Assembly: GCA_964515155.1 (NCBI GenBank)
Contig: CAZESK010000002.1
Coordinates: forward strand, 10,950 to 74,949
Reading direction: 5' to 3'
DNA length: 64,000 nt
Source: an uncultured Bifidobacterium sp.
GTDB taxonomy: Bacteria; Pseudomonadota; Gammaproteobacteria; Burkholderiales; Burkholderiaceae_D
A model generated the notes under the pieces. That model searched no databases, was not told where the DNA came from, and saw only the letters and a list, made by a program, of their open reading frames with translations. Position 1 is the stretch's first letter. The number at the start of each line of letters is the position of its first letter. Below are positions 10,767 to 24,185 of this stretch, one piece after another. The position numbers were made by a program, and so were the translations under genes.

Positions 10767-12080
10767 CTATCGATTCACGACGTTGGCCGGCAGGCGCAGT
10801 ACCATCAGCGCGCCGATGGCCACGATGCCGGAGAAGAGGTAAAGGCTGACGTTTGGCGTACCGGTCAGATCGGTCAGCCAGCCGACCAGCGAGGTGCTGG
10901 CCATGCCAGCTACGTTGCCGAGCGAGTTCACCAGCGCGATGCCTGCAGCAGCGCCCGCACCAGTCAGGAAGGCCGGTGGCAGGGTCCAGAAAGCGGCCTG
11001 CGCAGTCGATGCACCTGCCGCGCACAGCACGAGCCCAAGCATCGCGACGGTCACGCCGATATCCGGTGTGGCGACCACGGCAAGGCCAACGGCAGTCACG
11101 AAACAGGGCACGGCGGTGTGCCAGCGGCGCTCGCCATGACGGTCGGCGCTGGCATTGCCATAGAACATGGCGATGATGGCGACGGAATAGGGAATCATCG
11201 TCAGCAAACCGATCTGCAGCGGATCGGCAAAGCCCAGCTGCTTGACCAGGGTCGGCATCCAGAAGCTGGTGATGTAAATGGCCGCGGCGATGCAGAAATA
11301 CGCCACGCCGAGCATCCAGACGCGACCGCTGCGTAATGCTCCCAGTGCGCTGGCATGCTGGGTTCCGATGCCGGCCGCAGTTTCGTTCGCGAGATCGGCG
11401 GTGATGCGTGCCTTTTCGTCGGCGCTGAGCCAGCGCGCATCCTCGACCCGGTTATCGAGGAATTTCAAGATAGCCAAGCCCAGCAGGATGGACGGTGTGG
11501 TTTCGATGATGAACAGCCACTGCCATCCGCGCAGGCCGCCGACATCGCTCATGCTGGCGAGGATCCATCCCGACAGCGGGCCGCCGATGATGTTGGACAT
11601 CGGTATTGCGGCAAGGAAGAGCGCGATGATGCGCCCGCGCCATGCAGCCGGAAACCAGTAGGTCAGGTAGAGCAGCACACCGGGAATGAAGCCGGCCTCG
11701 GCCACGCCGAGCAAAAAACGCAGCACGTAGAACTGGGTTGGCGTGGTAACGAAGGCCATCGCCCCACCGAGCAGACCCCAGGTCAGCATGATGCGCGCGA
11801 TCCAGACCTTGGCGCCGACCTTGTGCAACAGGATGTTGCTCGGCACCTCGAAGATCACGTAGCCGAGAAAGAAAATCCCTGCACCGAGGCCATAGACAGT
11901 ATTGCTCCAGCCCAGGTCGGCCAGCATATTGAGCTTGGCGAAGCCGACATTCACGCGGTCCAGATAGGCCGCGAGATAACAGATGCAGAGAAATGGAACG
12001 AGCCTGAGTGCGACCTTACGGTAAAGGGTCTGCGCGTCGAGCGACCCCGCGACCTCGATCGTCTGCGTGTTGGTTTGCAT
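10767..12080 (-). CDS. MFS transporter (anion:cation symporter-like)
   Basis: Multi-TM protein with YLDRVNVGFAKL near TM1, typical of ACS-family MFS. Start set at MQTNTQ, preceded by GGGAGA. Confidence 0.85.
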   Translation of the reverse strand: MQTNTQTIEVAGSLDAQTLYRKVALRLVPFLCICYLAAYLDRVNVGFAKLNMLADLGWSNTVYGLGAGIFFLGYVIFEVPSNILLHKVGAKVWIARIMLTWGLLGGAMAFVTTPTQFYVLRFLLGVAEAGFIPGVLLYLTYWFPAAWRGRIIALFLAAIPMSNIIGGPLSGWILASMSDVGGLRGWQWLFIIETTPSILLGLAILKFLDNRVEDARWLSADEKARITADLANETAAGIGTQHASALGALRSGRVWMLGVAYFCIAAAIYITSFWMPTLVKQLGFADPLQIGLLTMIPYSVAIIAMFYGNASADRHGERRWHTAVPCFVTAVGLAVVATPDIGVTVAMLGLVLCAAGASTAQAAFWTLPPAFLTGAGAAAGIALVNSLGNVAGMASTSLVGWLTDLTGTPNVSLYLFSGIVAIGALMVLRLPANVVNR

Positions 12081-12205
12081 GATGTCTCCCCCATGGGACC
12101 CGGCTGCGTCACGCACGCCTGCCGGCCCAGATTGTTCTTATCGATGCGGTCCGGGGTCTGCGCCCCTCATGGACTGCGGTATTCGGTCCTGCCTCATCCG
12201 CCGCT

Positions 12206-12877
12206 TCAGCGGGCGACTGCCGCCTCCTGATCCAACTGGCGCAGCAACGAATCGGTTGCGTTATTCACATGGGCACGCGACAAGCGCTCGGCCTCGGCCA
12301 CATCGCCGCTCGCCACGGTACGCAGGATGGCTTCATGTTCGGCCCAGATGTCGCGCGGGGACTCACCCTGCATCAGCACCGCACCCATCACGCACCGCAG
12401 GTACGTCCAGTGCGGGGAGGCTGTCTCCGCGATCAGCGGGTTCCCCGACAGGTCGTAGAGAAAATGATGAAAGGCCATGTCGGCGGCGATCATGTCCGAG
12501 ATCGACTGCCTCGCAACAGCCTCTCTGCCGCGAAGGATGTACTCGGTGCCTTCCCGCTGCGCGCGCGGATCGGCGCGGCGTGCGGCCTTGACAACCGCGA
12601 GCGCATCCAGGCTGGCGCGAATCTCATACACATTGCGTACCTTGTGCTCTTCGAGCGGCGCGACCATCAGCCCCCGCCCCGGGGCGCTGATCAGGACACC
12701 CTCGTTGCGCAGCAGCAGGAGCGCCTGCTGCACTGGCTGACGCGAAACGCCCAGCTTCTCGGCGATTTCTTCCTGAACGAGCCGGGCATCGGGGCCGAAC
12801 TGGCCGGCCTCGATCCGCGACAAGATCGCCTCATACACCTGATCAACCAGCGAAGGCTGGGAGCGAAGGATTTCCAT
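12206..12877 (-). CDS. GntR family transcriptional regulator (FadR/FCD type)
   Basis: 223 aa. N-terminal winged HTH (LVQEEIAEKLGVSRQPVQQALLLLRNEGVL) and a helical C-terminal domain. Confidence 0.9.
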   Translation of the reverse strand: MEILRSQPSLVDQVYEAILSRIEAGQFGPDARLVQEEIAEKLGVSRQPVQQALLLLRNEGVLISAPGRGLMVAPLEEHKVRNVYEIRASLDALAVVKAARRADPRAQREGTEYILRGREAVARQSISDMIAADMAFHHFLYDLSGNPLIAETASPHWTYLRCVMGAVLMQGESPRDIWAEHEAILRTVASGDVAEAERLSRAHVNNATDSLLRQLDQEAAVAR

Positions 12878-12936
12878 GGCTCGGGCTCCAATCGGGTACG
12901 TATTGCAATGTTTCTAACGGAAAACATCCGTCCGGT

Positions 12937-12973
12937 ATTCAGAATTCTGAACTCCGAACTCTGAATTCAGAAT
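12937..12973. promoter_or_regulatory. candidate operator: two GAATTC-centred palindromes and a 9-bp direct repeat
   Basis: TTCAGAATTCTGAA (12938-12951) and TCTGAATTCAGA (12960-12971). ATTCAGAAT occurs twice (12937-12945 and 12965-12973). AT-rich patch in the divergent gntR / di-heme gene intergenic region. Confidence 0.4.
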
Positions 12974-13077
12974 GCAGTAAGTGTAATCCCGTTTTTTTCA
13001 ACGCGTCAATACCCTCCTTGCCGGTCCCGATTGGGCGGTAGTCAGCCATGTGAACCCGTGGGAAGATACGAGGCACC

Positions 13078-14505
13078 ATGCGCCCCTCACACCTCATCCG
13101 CCCCGTCGCTGCGGTCTTGCTGGTGGCCGGCCTCGCCGCCGTTCACCTGCGCGCCAGCACGAACACCTCCCCGCCATCGCGACCGGTAGCGCCACACACC
13201 GCCTACCTCCAGCCCGTGCCCGGCCTGACGCCAGACCAGCAACAGACCTTCCGCGCCGGCGAGAAAGTGTTCAACAACTTCTGGATCGCCATACCGAACG
13301 AGGTGATCTCACAGTGGTGGGATTTATCGCAGCCGGGACCCGGGGGTGGCGGCTGGGGATTGGGACCGACCTTCCTTGCGACTTCCTGCGTTTCCTGCCA
13401 CGTGCAGGCCGGGCGCGGACGCGTCCCCGATACCGGTGCCGGCCCGCTGTTCCAGCAGACACTGCGCCTCTCCCTTCCCGGCGATGGTCCGCACGGTGGC
13501 CCGAATCCGGATCCGCACTACGGGCTGCAGTTGGAGCCCTTTGACATCATCAAAAGCAAGGACCAGACGCGACAGCCCGGTGAAGGCGAGGTTCACATCA
13601 CGTGGGTCACGAGCCAGTTTCGCTTCCCCGATGGCGAGACGGTTCCCTTGCGCAAGCCCGTCATCCGCATCGAGAAGCTGAACTTCGGCCCGCTCGCTGC
13701 GGGATTGATGACCTCGCTGCGCAATACGCAGGCACTGGTTGGCCTCGGGTACTTGCAGGCGGTGAGCGAGGAAGACATTCTCGCGCTGGCCGAACTGCAG
13801 AAATCGCAGGGACTCAACGGCCGGCCGAACTATGTGCGCGACGACATACACGACCGCATCGCACTGGGCCGCTTCGGATGGAAAGCAAACCAGCCTTCGC
13901 TGCGGCAGCAGATCGCCGGTGCCTTTCACAACGACATCGGTATTACCTCATCGCTCTACCGAGCACAGAACTGCCCGCCGGTGCAGAAAGACTGTCATCT
14001 CGAGAAAGATCCGGAGAAGCCGGAGCTCTCCGACGAACTGTGGGGACAGGTGGCTTTCTGGGCCATGGCGCTCGACGCGCCGGCGCCAGTCGACACGGCG
14101 AACCCGGCGGTGCAGCGCGGCGAGAAGCTGTTCCATGCAGCCAAGTGCGCGCAGTGCCATGTGCCCGAACTGAAGACGGGGGCCTTCCCCGAACTGCCGG
14201 CACTGGCGAACAAGCGCATCCGCCCCTACACCGACCTGTTGCTGCACGACATGGGGCCGGATCTGGCCGACGGCCGCCCGGACTTCCGCGCCGGCGGCTC
14301 CGACTGGCGCACGCCGCCGCTCTGGGGCATCGGCCGCTCGAAGCAGGTCAACGGCAGCACACACTTCCTGCATGACGGCCGAGCGCGCAACCTGGTTGAA
14401 GCCATCCTCTGGCACGGCGGTGAAGCGACGGCATCACGCGAGCATTTCGCTAAGTTGTCGAAGCAGGAGCGGCAGGAGTTGATTGCGTTTCTGGAGGCGT
14501 TGTAG
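13078..14505 (+). CDS. di-heme c-type oxidoreductase (DUF1111 / thiol-oxidoreductase-like)
   Basis: 475 aa with a signal peptide and two CxxCH motifs (CVSCH, CAQCH). C-terminal HDGRARNLVEAILWHGGEA is typical of the DUF1111 family. Confidence 0.8.
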   Translation: MRPSHLIRPVAAVLLVAGLAAVHLRASTNTSPPSRPVAPHTAYLQPVPGLTPDQQQTFRAGEKVFNNFWIAIPNEVISQWWDLSQPGPGGGGWGLGPTFLATSCVSCHVQAGRGRVPDTGAGPLFQQTLRLSLPGDGPHGGPNPDPHYGLQLEPFDIIKSKDQTRQPGEGEVHITWVTSQFRFPDGETVPLRKPVIRIEKLNFGPLAAGLMTSLRNTQALVGLGYLQAVSEEDILALAELQKSQGLNGRPNYVRDDIHDRIALGRFGWKANQPSLRQQIAGAFHNDIGITSSLYRAQNCPPVQKDCHLEKDPEKPELSDELWGQVAFWAMALDAPAPVDTANPAVQRGEKLFHAAKCAQCHVPELKTGAFPELPALANKRIRPYTDLLLHDMGPDLADGRPDFRAGGSDWRTPPLWGIGRSKQVNGSTHFLHDGRARNLVEAILWHGGEATASREHFAKLSKQERQELIAFLEAL

Positions 14506-14664
14506 CCCGTGCCGGGGGTGATGGCTCAAGGCGATCGAGTATCCAGGAAAGTGACAGCTATTCAGTGGAGACTGAAGTTGAAAAACAAGGGATGTCGACC
14601 GAATGTGAGCAAACTGAGACCAGTATCACGGACGGAGAGCCCGCAACGTCTTCAGCTTCCCAAT

Positions 14665-14692
14665 AAAAAAGGCCCCTGAGTCTCAGGGGCCT
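14665..14692 (-). terminator. intrinsic terminator downstream of tRNA-Ser
   Basis: Minus strand: GGCCCCTGAGaCTCAGGGGCC followed by TTTTTT. Confidence 0.8.
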
Positions 14693-14700
14693 TGACTGTC

Positions 14701-14791
14701 TGGCGGAGAGAGGGGGATTCGAACCCCCGATAGGCTATGAACCTATACACGCTTTCCAGGCGTGCGACTTAAACCACTCATCCATCTCTCC
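14701..14791 (-). tRNA. tRNA-Ser (anticodon GGA)
   Basis: The reverse complement folds as a class II tRNA: GGAGAGA acceptor, anticodon loop CTGGAAA, long variable arm, GGTTCGAATCC T-loop, encoded CCA. Confidence 0.9.
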
Positions 14792-14883
14792 GGATACGCT
14801 ACAAGCAGGGAGGCCTGAGCGAAGCCCGCGATTATAGCAAAGCCAGGCGCGCATTGGCATCTTCCCGGCAGGACTACCGAAGC

Positions 14884-14917
14884 AAAAAAAAGCCGCCCCA
14901 TCGCGAGATGGAGCGGC
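14884..14917 (-). terminator. intrinsic terminator downstream of acs
   Basis: Minus strand: GCCGCTCCAtctcgcgaTGGGGCGGC followed by T8. Confidence 0.75.
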
Positions 14918-15031
14918 AATCCGGTAATAGGGCCATCGGAGTGGGCCCTACGACCTTCCCCCACAAACTTGCAGTGATACTAAAAACAAACTTCCGTTGC
15001 AGGCGACGCAGAATGCGTCACCAGTGCATCA

Positions 15032-17014
<1,983 letters not shown>

Positions 17015-17195
17015 GCCGTCTCCATGATGATGGTTATTCGGTGAAAAGATAAGACGACTCTCTTACTCAAGCCTTACATAGCGCATATCCCGCTGGGTTG
17101 CATTAAGACTCGGCAGTCATGGGCAGGTGCGGCGTGTAAAATGACGCGCCGCATGATTTCCCTCTGAAAACCGTTACTTTTTCGACTGATTCGCG

Positions 17196-17807
17196 ATGAC
17201 TCCTGACCGCACGTCCGCCAAAAGCACCATTCCCGCTCTTGCCAATTTCATATTCATGGCGCGCTGGTTACAGCTGCCGCTGTACCTGGGCCTGATTCTT
17301 GCGCAGTGCGTTTATGTTTTCCACTTCTGGGTCGAGCTGGTTGACCTCGTCGGCGCCATCCTGGGTAACGGCGCATCGCTCGAGCACATCCTGGCCGCCA
17401 CGAGCATCAGTGGCGCGCCCGCCCAGACCAAGCTGACCGAGACAGCGATCATGCTGGTAGTCCTTGGACTCATCGACGTAGTGATGATCTCCAACCTGCT
17501 GATCATGGTGATCGTCGGCGGCTACGAGACCTTCGTCTCGCGCATGCATCTCGAAAACCATCCCGATCAGCCGGAGTGGCTCTCGCATGTGAATGCCTCG
17601 GTGCTGAAGGTCAAGCTGGCCACGGCGATCATCGGGATCTCCTCGATTCACCTGCTCAAGACCTTCATCAATGCGGGTGCCTACGATGCCAAGACGCTGT
17701 ACGCGCAAACCGGCATCCACTTGGTGTTCCTGCTCTCGGCGCTGGCAATCGCCGCCGCGGATCGCCTTATGGCAGCCACCCTGAGTGCGAACCAGCAATC
17801 TCACTGA
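17196..17807 (+). CDS. UPF0114 / YqhA-family membrane protein
   Basis: 203 aa. MARWLQLPLYLGLILAQ start region and multiple TM segments typical of TIGR00645/YqhA. Confidence 0.75.
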   Translation: MTPDRTSAKSTIPALANFIFMARWLQLPLYLGLILAQCVYVFHFWVELVDLVGAILGNGASLEHILAATSISGAPAQTKLTETAIMLVVLGLIDVVMISNLLIMVIVGGYETFVSRMHLENHPDQPEWLSHVNASVLKVKLATAIIGISSIHLLKTFINAGAYDAKTLYAQTGIHLVFLLSALAIAAADRLMAATLSANQQSH

Positions 17808-17873
17808 TCCGATACGGCCGCTACTCGCTTGCTACTCGTCCGCTTTCTACCAATCTGACCAAGCACGATTGCC

Positions 17874-19412
17874 ATGACCATCATCCGACAAGACGACCTC
17901 ATAGAATCCGTCGCCGCTGCGCTGCAGTTCATCAGCTACTACCATCCGGTGGACTACATCCGCCATCTCGCACGCGCCTATGAGCGCGAGCAGAGCCCGG
18001 CGGCCAAAGATGCCATCGCGCAGATCCTGACCAACTCGCGCATGTGCGCCGAGGGCAAGCGTCCGCTCTGCCAGGACACCGGCATCGTCAACGTCTTCCT
18101 GAAGATCGGTATGGACGTCCGCTTCGAGGGCTTCAAGGGCTCGATCGAGGATGCGGTCAATGAGGGTGTGCGTCGCGGCTATAACCACCCGGACAACAAG
18201 CTGCGCGCGTCGGTCGTTGCCGATCCGCAGTTCGAGCGCAAGAATACGAAAGACAACACGCCGGCCGTCGTGCACATGGAACTGGTGCCCGGCAACACGG
18301 TCGATGTGCAGGTGGCGGCCAAGGGCGGCGGCTCGGAGAACAAGACCAAGTTCGTCATGCTCAACCCCTCCGACTCGCTGGTGGACTGGGTGCTCAAAAC
18401 CGTACCCGCCATGGGCGCCGGTTGGTGCCCGCCGGGCATGCTCGGCATCGGCATCGGCGGTACGGCCGAGCGTGCGATGCTGATGGCCAAGCAGTCGCTG
18501 ATGGATGACATCGACATGTATGAGCTACTGCAGCGCGGCCCGCAGAGCAAGCTGGAGGAACTGCGCATCGAGCTCTATGAGAAGGTCAATGCGCTTGGTA
18601 TTGGCGCTCAGGGACTGGGTGGCCTGACCACCGTGCTCGATGTGAAGATCAGCATGTACCCGACGCATGCGGCCTCCAAGCCGGTAGCAATGATCCCCAA
18701 CTGCGCGGCCACGCGCCATGCACATTTCGTGCTCGACGGCTCCGGCCCCGCCTACTGCGAGCCTCCGTCACTCTCCGAATGGCCCGAGGTGCACTGGACG
18801 CCAGACACGCAGCGCTCGCAGCGGGTCAATCTCGACACACTCACCGCCGCCGAAGTCGCCGCATGGAAGCCGGGGCAGACACTGCTACTGAACGGCAAGA
18901 TGCTGACCGGTCGCGACGCCGCGCACAAGCGCATCCAGGACATGCTCGCCAAGGGTGAACCGCTGCCTGTGGATTTCAGGAACCGGGTCATTTACTACGT
19001 CGGCCCGGTCGATCCCGTGCGCAACGAGGTCGTCGGCCCAGCTGGCCCGACCACGGCAACGCGCATGGACAAGTTCACCGACATGATGCTCGAGAAGACC
19101 GGACTGATCGCCATGGTCGGCAAGGCCGAGCGCGGTCCGGTGGCCATCGAGTCGATCAAGAAGCACCAGTCGGCCTACCTGATGGCCGTCGGCGGCGCCG
19201 CGTATCTGGTATCGAAGGCAATCAAGGGCGCGAAGGTGGTCGGCTTCGCCGATCTCGGCATGGAAGCAATTTACGAATTCGATGTGACCGACATGCCGGT
19301 GACGGTCGCCGTGGATTCCACCGGCACCTCGGTGCACCAGACCGGGCCCAAGGAGTGGCAGGAGCGGATTGCGTCGGGCACGCTGGCCGGCATTCCGGTG
19401 AGCGTTGGCTGA
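17874..19412 (+). CDS. fumA: class I (Fe-S) fumarate hydratase
   Basis: 512 aa. PLCQDTGIVNVF motif with fused alpha/beta domains. Confidence 0.9.
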   Translation: MTIIRQDDLIESVAAALQFISYYHPVDYIRHLARAYEREQSPAAKDAIAQILTNSRMCAEGKRPLCQDTGIVNVFLKIGMDVRFEGFKGSIEDAVNEGVRRGYNHPDNKLRASVVADPQFERKNTKDNTPAVVHMELVPGNTVDVQVAAKGGGSENKTKFVMLNPSDSLVDWVLKTVPAMGAGWCPPGMLGIGIGGTAERAMLMAKQSLMDDIDMYELLQRGPQSKLEELRIELYEKVNALGIGAQGLGGLTTVLDVKISMYPTHAASKPVAMIPNCAATRHAHFVLDGSGPAYCEPPSLSEWPEVHWTPDTQRSQRVNLDTLTAAEVAAWKPGQTLLLNGKMLTGRDAAHKRIQDMLAKGEPLPVDFRNRVIYYVGPVDPVRNEVVGPAGPTTATRMDKFTDMMLEKTGLIAMVGKAERGPVAIESIKKHQSAYLMAVGGAAYLVSKAIKGAKVVGFADLGMEAIYEFDVTDMPVTVAVDSTGTSVHQTGPKEWQERIASGTLAGIPVSVG

Positions 19413-20235
19413 CGCTGCGCTCGCTGTTGTCCCCGAGGCGCCGATCGGCGTCTTCGACTCAGGCATCGGCGGGATGTCGGTGCTGCGCCATGTGCATGCG
19501 CTCCTGCCTTCCGAGGAGCTGCTGTATTTCGCGGATTCCGGTTTCGCGCCCTACGGCGAGAAGCCGGAGCAGGTCATTGTTGAACGCGCGCTCGCGATCA
19601 CAAGCTTTCTGCAGCGCTTCGGCATCAAGGCCATGGTTGTCGCCTGCAACACCGCCACAGCCGCCGCGATTACGGCGCTGCGCGAACACCACCCGCAACT
19701 GCAGGTTGTCGGCGTCGAGCCGGGGCTCAAGCCGGCCGCGCAGCTGACGCAATCGGGCAAGGTCGGCGTACTGGCCACCGCCGGCACGCTGGCCAGCGAT
19801 AAATTCCTCAAGCTGCGCCAGCAGGTCGCGGACACGACGCAGGTCACCTTCCACTTGCAGGCCTGCAATGGCCTGGCCGACCAGATCGAAAAAGGCGAGC
19901 TGACCTCGCGCGAGACGAAGCAGCTGGTGCAGCGCTATGTCGCACCGCTGATCGGGCAGAACGTGGACACACTCGTCCTCGGCTGCACGCACTACCCCTT
20001 CGTCGAGTCGCTGGTGCGCGAGGCCGCCGGCCCCGGTGTTACGCTGGTCGACACCGGCGAACCGGTCGCGCGCCAGCTCGAGCGCCTGCTGCGCCAGCAG
20101 TCGCTGCTGCGAGCCAATGCGATGGGCGTGGGCGGTCTTTCCGCCTACACGACCGGCAGCCGCAGCGCGCTATCGCAGGCCTTTCGCAGGCTGCTCGATC
20201 TCGATCCGCCGATCGAAGCGGTGACCGTGGCTTGA
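19405..20235 (+). CDS. murI: glutamate racemase
   Basis: IGVFDSGIGGMSVL and VVACNTA motifs. TTG start overlaps the fumA stop. Confidence 0.9.
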   Translation: MADAALAVVPEAPIGVFDSGIGGMSVLRHVHALLPSEELLYFADSGFAPYGEKPEQVIVERALAITSFLQRFGIKAMVVACNTATAAAITALREHHPQLQVVGVEPGLKPAAQLTQSGKVGVLATAGTLASDKFLKLRQQVADTTQVTFHLQACNGLADQIEKGELTSRETKQLVQRYVAPLIGQNVDTLVLGCTHYPFVESLVREAAGPGVTLVDTGEPVARQLERLLRQQSLLRANAMGVGGLSAYTTGSRSALSQAFRRLLDLDPPIEAVTVA

Positions 20236-20287
20236 GGCAACTACTACAGTGTTTGGCGGATTTCGCCTTCCATGACAAAAATTCTTG

Positions 20288-20293
20288 TATAAT
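20288..20293 (+). promoter_or_regulatory. perfect -10 hexamer TATAAT about 17 nt upstream of tRNA-His
   Basis: cttgTATAATcgcccgc lies immediately upstream of the mature tRNA 5-prime end. The -35 is not clear. Confidence 0.4.
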
Positions 20294-20310
20294 CGCCCGC
20301 TTGTTTCAGT

Positions 20311-20387
20311 GGTGGCCGTAGCTCAGTTGGTAGAGTCCCAGATTGTGATTCTGGTTGTCGTGGGTTCGAGTCCCATCGGTCACCCCA
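20311..20387 (+). tRNA. tRNA-His (anticodon GTG)
   Basis: Encoded extra G(-1) pairing with C73, anticodon loop ATTGTGA, GGTTCGAGTCC T-arm, encoded CCA. Confidence 0.9.
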
Positions 20388-20602
20388 AGTAAACCGGCAC
20401 GATTCAGCAGCCCTCCCCGTTTCGGTGCTCTCCGCCTTACCCCTCCTTGCAAGTCTCCGTTGCGTCCCGGGCATTTCTCACACGCTCGTCACGTTCTGAT
20501 GTCTGACGGTCGATGACCGGCAGCCTGATACGTTGACATTCATCAGTATTTCCCTCGATCAGCATTGGTATTTTTGCAATGTATTCACCTTGGGAGATCG
20601 TG

Positions 20603-20977
20603 ATGAACCCCTGGCTACTCGCCATCCCGCTGCTGGCCCTTGGCGCGCCGGCCGTCGCGGCCTGGACCTTTGTCGATGGCGGTGAAGGTTATGAGCGATA
20701 CATCGACCGCAATACCATCGACCGCGACGGCGACCTCGTGCGCGTCTGGGAGGTAGATAACAATGCGGTGGCCGATGCCCGCGGCGTCGTCTCGCTGCGC
20801 AGTCACACCGAGTACGACTGTCAGGCGCGCCGCTACCGCATCGTCCATCTGTCCGGGCATACGCGCGACATGACCGAGGGCGATGTGGTGTTCTCCCAGG
20901 CCATGGCCGGCGAGTGGCGCCCGGTTGCGCCCGAGACGCTCGGGGAGGTGAGCATGGAGATGGCCTGTGCGGAGTGA
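20603..20977 (+). CDS. secreted hypothetical protein, possibly surface-adhesin protein E-like
   Basis: Signal peptide MNPWLLAIPLLALGAPAVAA and GGGAGA SD. YIDRNTIDRDGDLVRVWEV...TEYDCQARRYRIV resembles the adhesin-E fold family. Family call is tentative. Confidence 0.55.
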   Translation: MNPWLLAIPLLALGAPAVAAWTFVDGGEGYERYIDRNTIDRDGDLVRVWEVDNNAVADARGVVSLRSHTEYDCQARRYRIVHLSGHTRDMTEGDVVFSQAMAGEWRPVAPETLGEVSMEMACAE

Positions 20978-21044
20978 TGGGGAGGGAACCACCGGATTTC
21001 TTTGGTAGAGTGACATTCCTCTTACCCCAGACGACGGATACTCC

Positions 21045-21928
<884 letters not shown>

Positions 21929-21932
<4 letters not shown>

Positions 21933-22579
21933 GTCTGCTGCGCGAACAGATCGTCGCCACTTGCAGGAAGCTCGAGAGCAGCGGCCTGAACCGGGGTACC
22001 TCGGGCAATGTCAGCTGCCGCGAAAACGATCATTTCCTCATCACCCCGACCGGCGTGCCGGTCGAGGACATTACGCCATCGAAGATCGTCGCCGTCGGCT
22101 TCGACGGCAAAGTGATCGGCATCGGCAAGCCCTCCAGCGAATGGCATTTTCATTGCGATATCCTGAAGGCGCGGCCGGAAGTGAATGCGGTCGTGCATAC
22201 GCACTCGCCGCATGCAACCGCGCTGGCCTGCCTGCGTGAGGACATCCCGCCCTTCCACTACATGATCGCCATGGCCGGTGGCGACTCCGTGCGCTGCGCA
22301 CCCTACGCGCTGTTCGGCACCGAGGAGTTGTCGGCGCATGCGGTCGCCGCACTGGCTGACCGCAAGGCCTGCCTGCTGGCCAACCATGGCATGATCACGC
22401 TCGGCCGCGATCTCGACGAGGCACTGGCGATCGCCGTCGAAATCGAGTCGCTGTGCCAGCAGTACCTGCTCGCGCGCCAGGTCGGGCGGCCGACGCTGCT
22501 GTCCGCAGATGAGATGACGCAGGTAATTGAACGCTTCAAGACCTACGGGAAGCATGCCGCTCCAACGCAAAAGACATGA
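21929..22579 (+). CDS. class II aldolase (FucA-like); candidate 5-methylthioribulose-1-phosphate aldolase
   Basis: 216 aa. Collinear with FucA ([27 protein letters not shown]). ATGA overlaps on both sides. The function is inferred from operon context. Confidence 0.75.
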
Positions 22580-23106
22580 ACGATATCCGCTCCCTGATCC
22601 GCACTATCCCCGATTATCCGAAGCCTGGCATCCAGTTCCGTGACATCACGACGCTGCTCAAAGATGCTGCCGGCTTCAAGGCCACCATCGATGCGCTGCT
22701 CGCGCGCTACCGAGGCAAGCCCATCACCAAGGTGGTTGGTACCGAGGCGCGCGGCTTCCTGTTCGGTGCACCGCTAGCCTATGCGCTGGGCGTGGGCTTC
22801 GTGCCGGTACGCAAGAAAGGCAAGCTGCCGGGCAAAACCACCGGTCACGAGTACGCGCTGGAGTATGGGCACGACCGTATCGAGATGCATGACGACGCCA
22901 TCGATGCCGGCGACCGTGTACTGGTTATCGACGATCTGCTGGCTACCGGGGGTACCGCGCAGGCCACCGTGATGCTGGTACGCGGACTCGGCGGCGAGGT
23001 CGTCGAGTGCGCGTTCGTGGTCGATCTGCCCGACCTGGGCGGCCGCGCCAGGCTTGAAAAGATGGGGCTGTCCGTGTTCACGCTGTGTGCGTTCGAGGGC
23101 CACTAA
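22576..23106 (+). CDS. apt: adenine phosphoribosyltransferase
   Basis: 176 aa. [18 protein letters not shown] and [17 protein letters not shown] motif. Confidence 0.95.
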   Translation: MNDIRSLIRTIPDYPKPGIQFRDITTLLKDAAGFKATIDALLARYRGKPITKVVGTEARGFLFGAPLAYALGVGFVPVRKKGKLPGKTTGHEYALEYGHDRIEMHDDAIDAGDRVLVIDDLLATGGTAQATVMLVRGLGGEVVECAFVVDLPDLGGRARLEKMGLSVFTLCAFEGH

Positions 23107-23107
23107 G

Positions 23108-24184
<1,077 letters not shown>

Positions 24185-24185
24185 C

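Noticed and set aside
9064-11025. Long N-terminal extensions in the ORF track (also 23054, 28855, 29809, 53489, 54559, 56326..57885 and 37515..38639).
   Set aside because: The extensions overlap the upstream gene or a terminator, are Arg/Pro-rich, and internal starts restore the canonical protein N-termini with SD sites. They are not evidence of fusions or pseudogenes.
14506-14664. Lower-GC unassigned spacer after the di-heme gene, containing a 29-codon ORF (MAQGDRVSRKV...).
   Set aside because: There is no SD, no recognisable peptide family and no convincing RNA structure. I cannot support a gene or sRNA from sequence alone.
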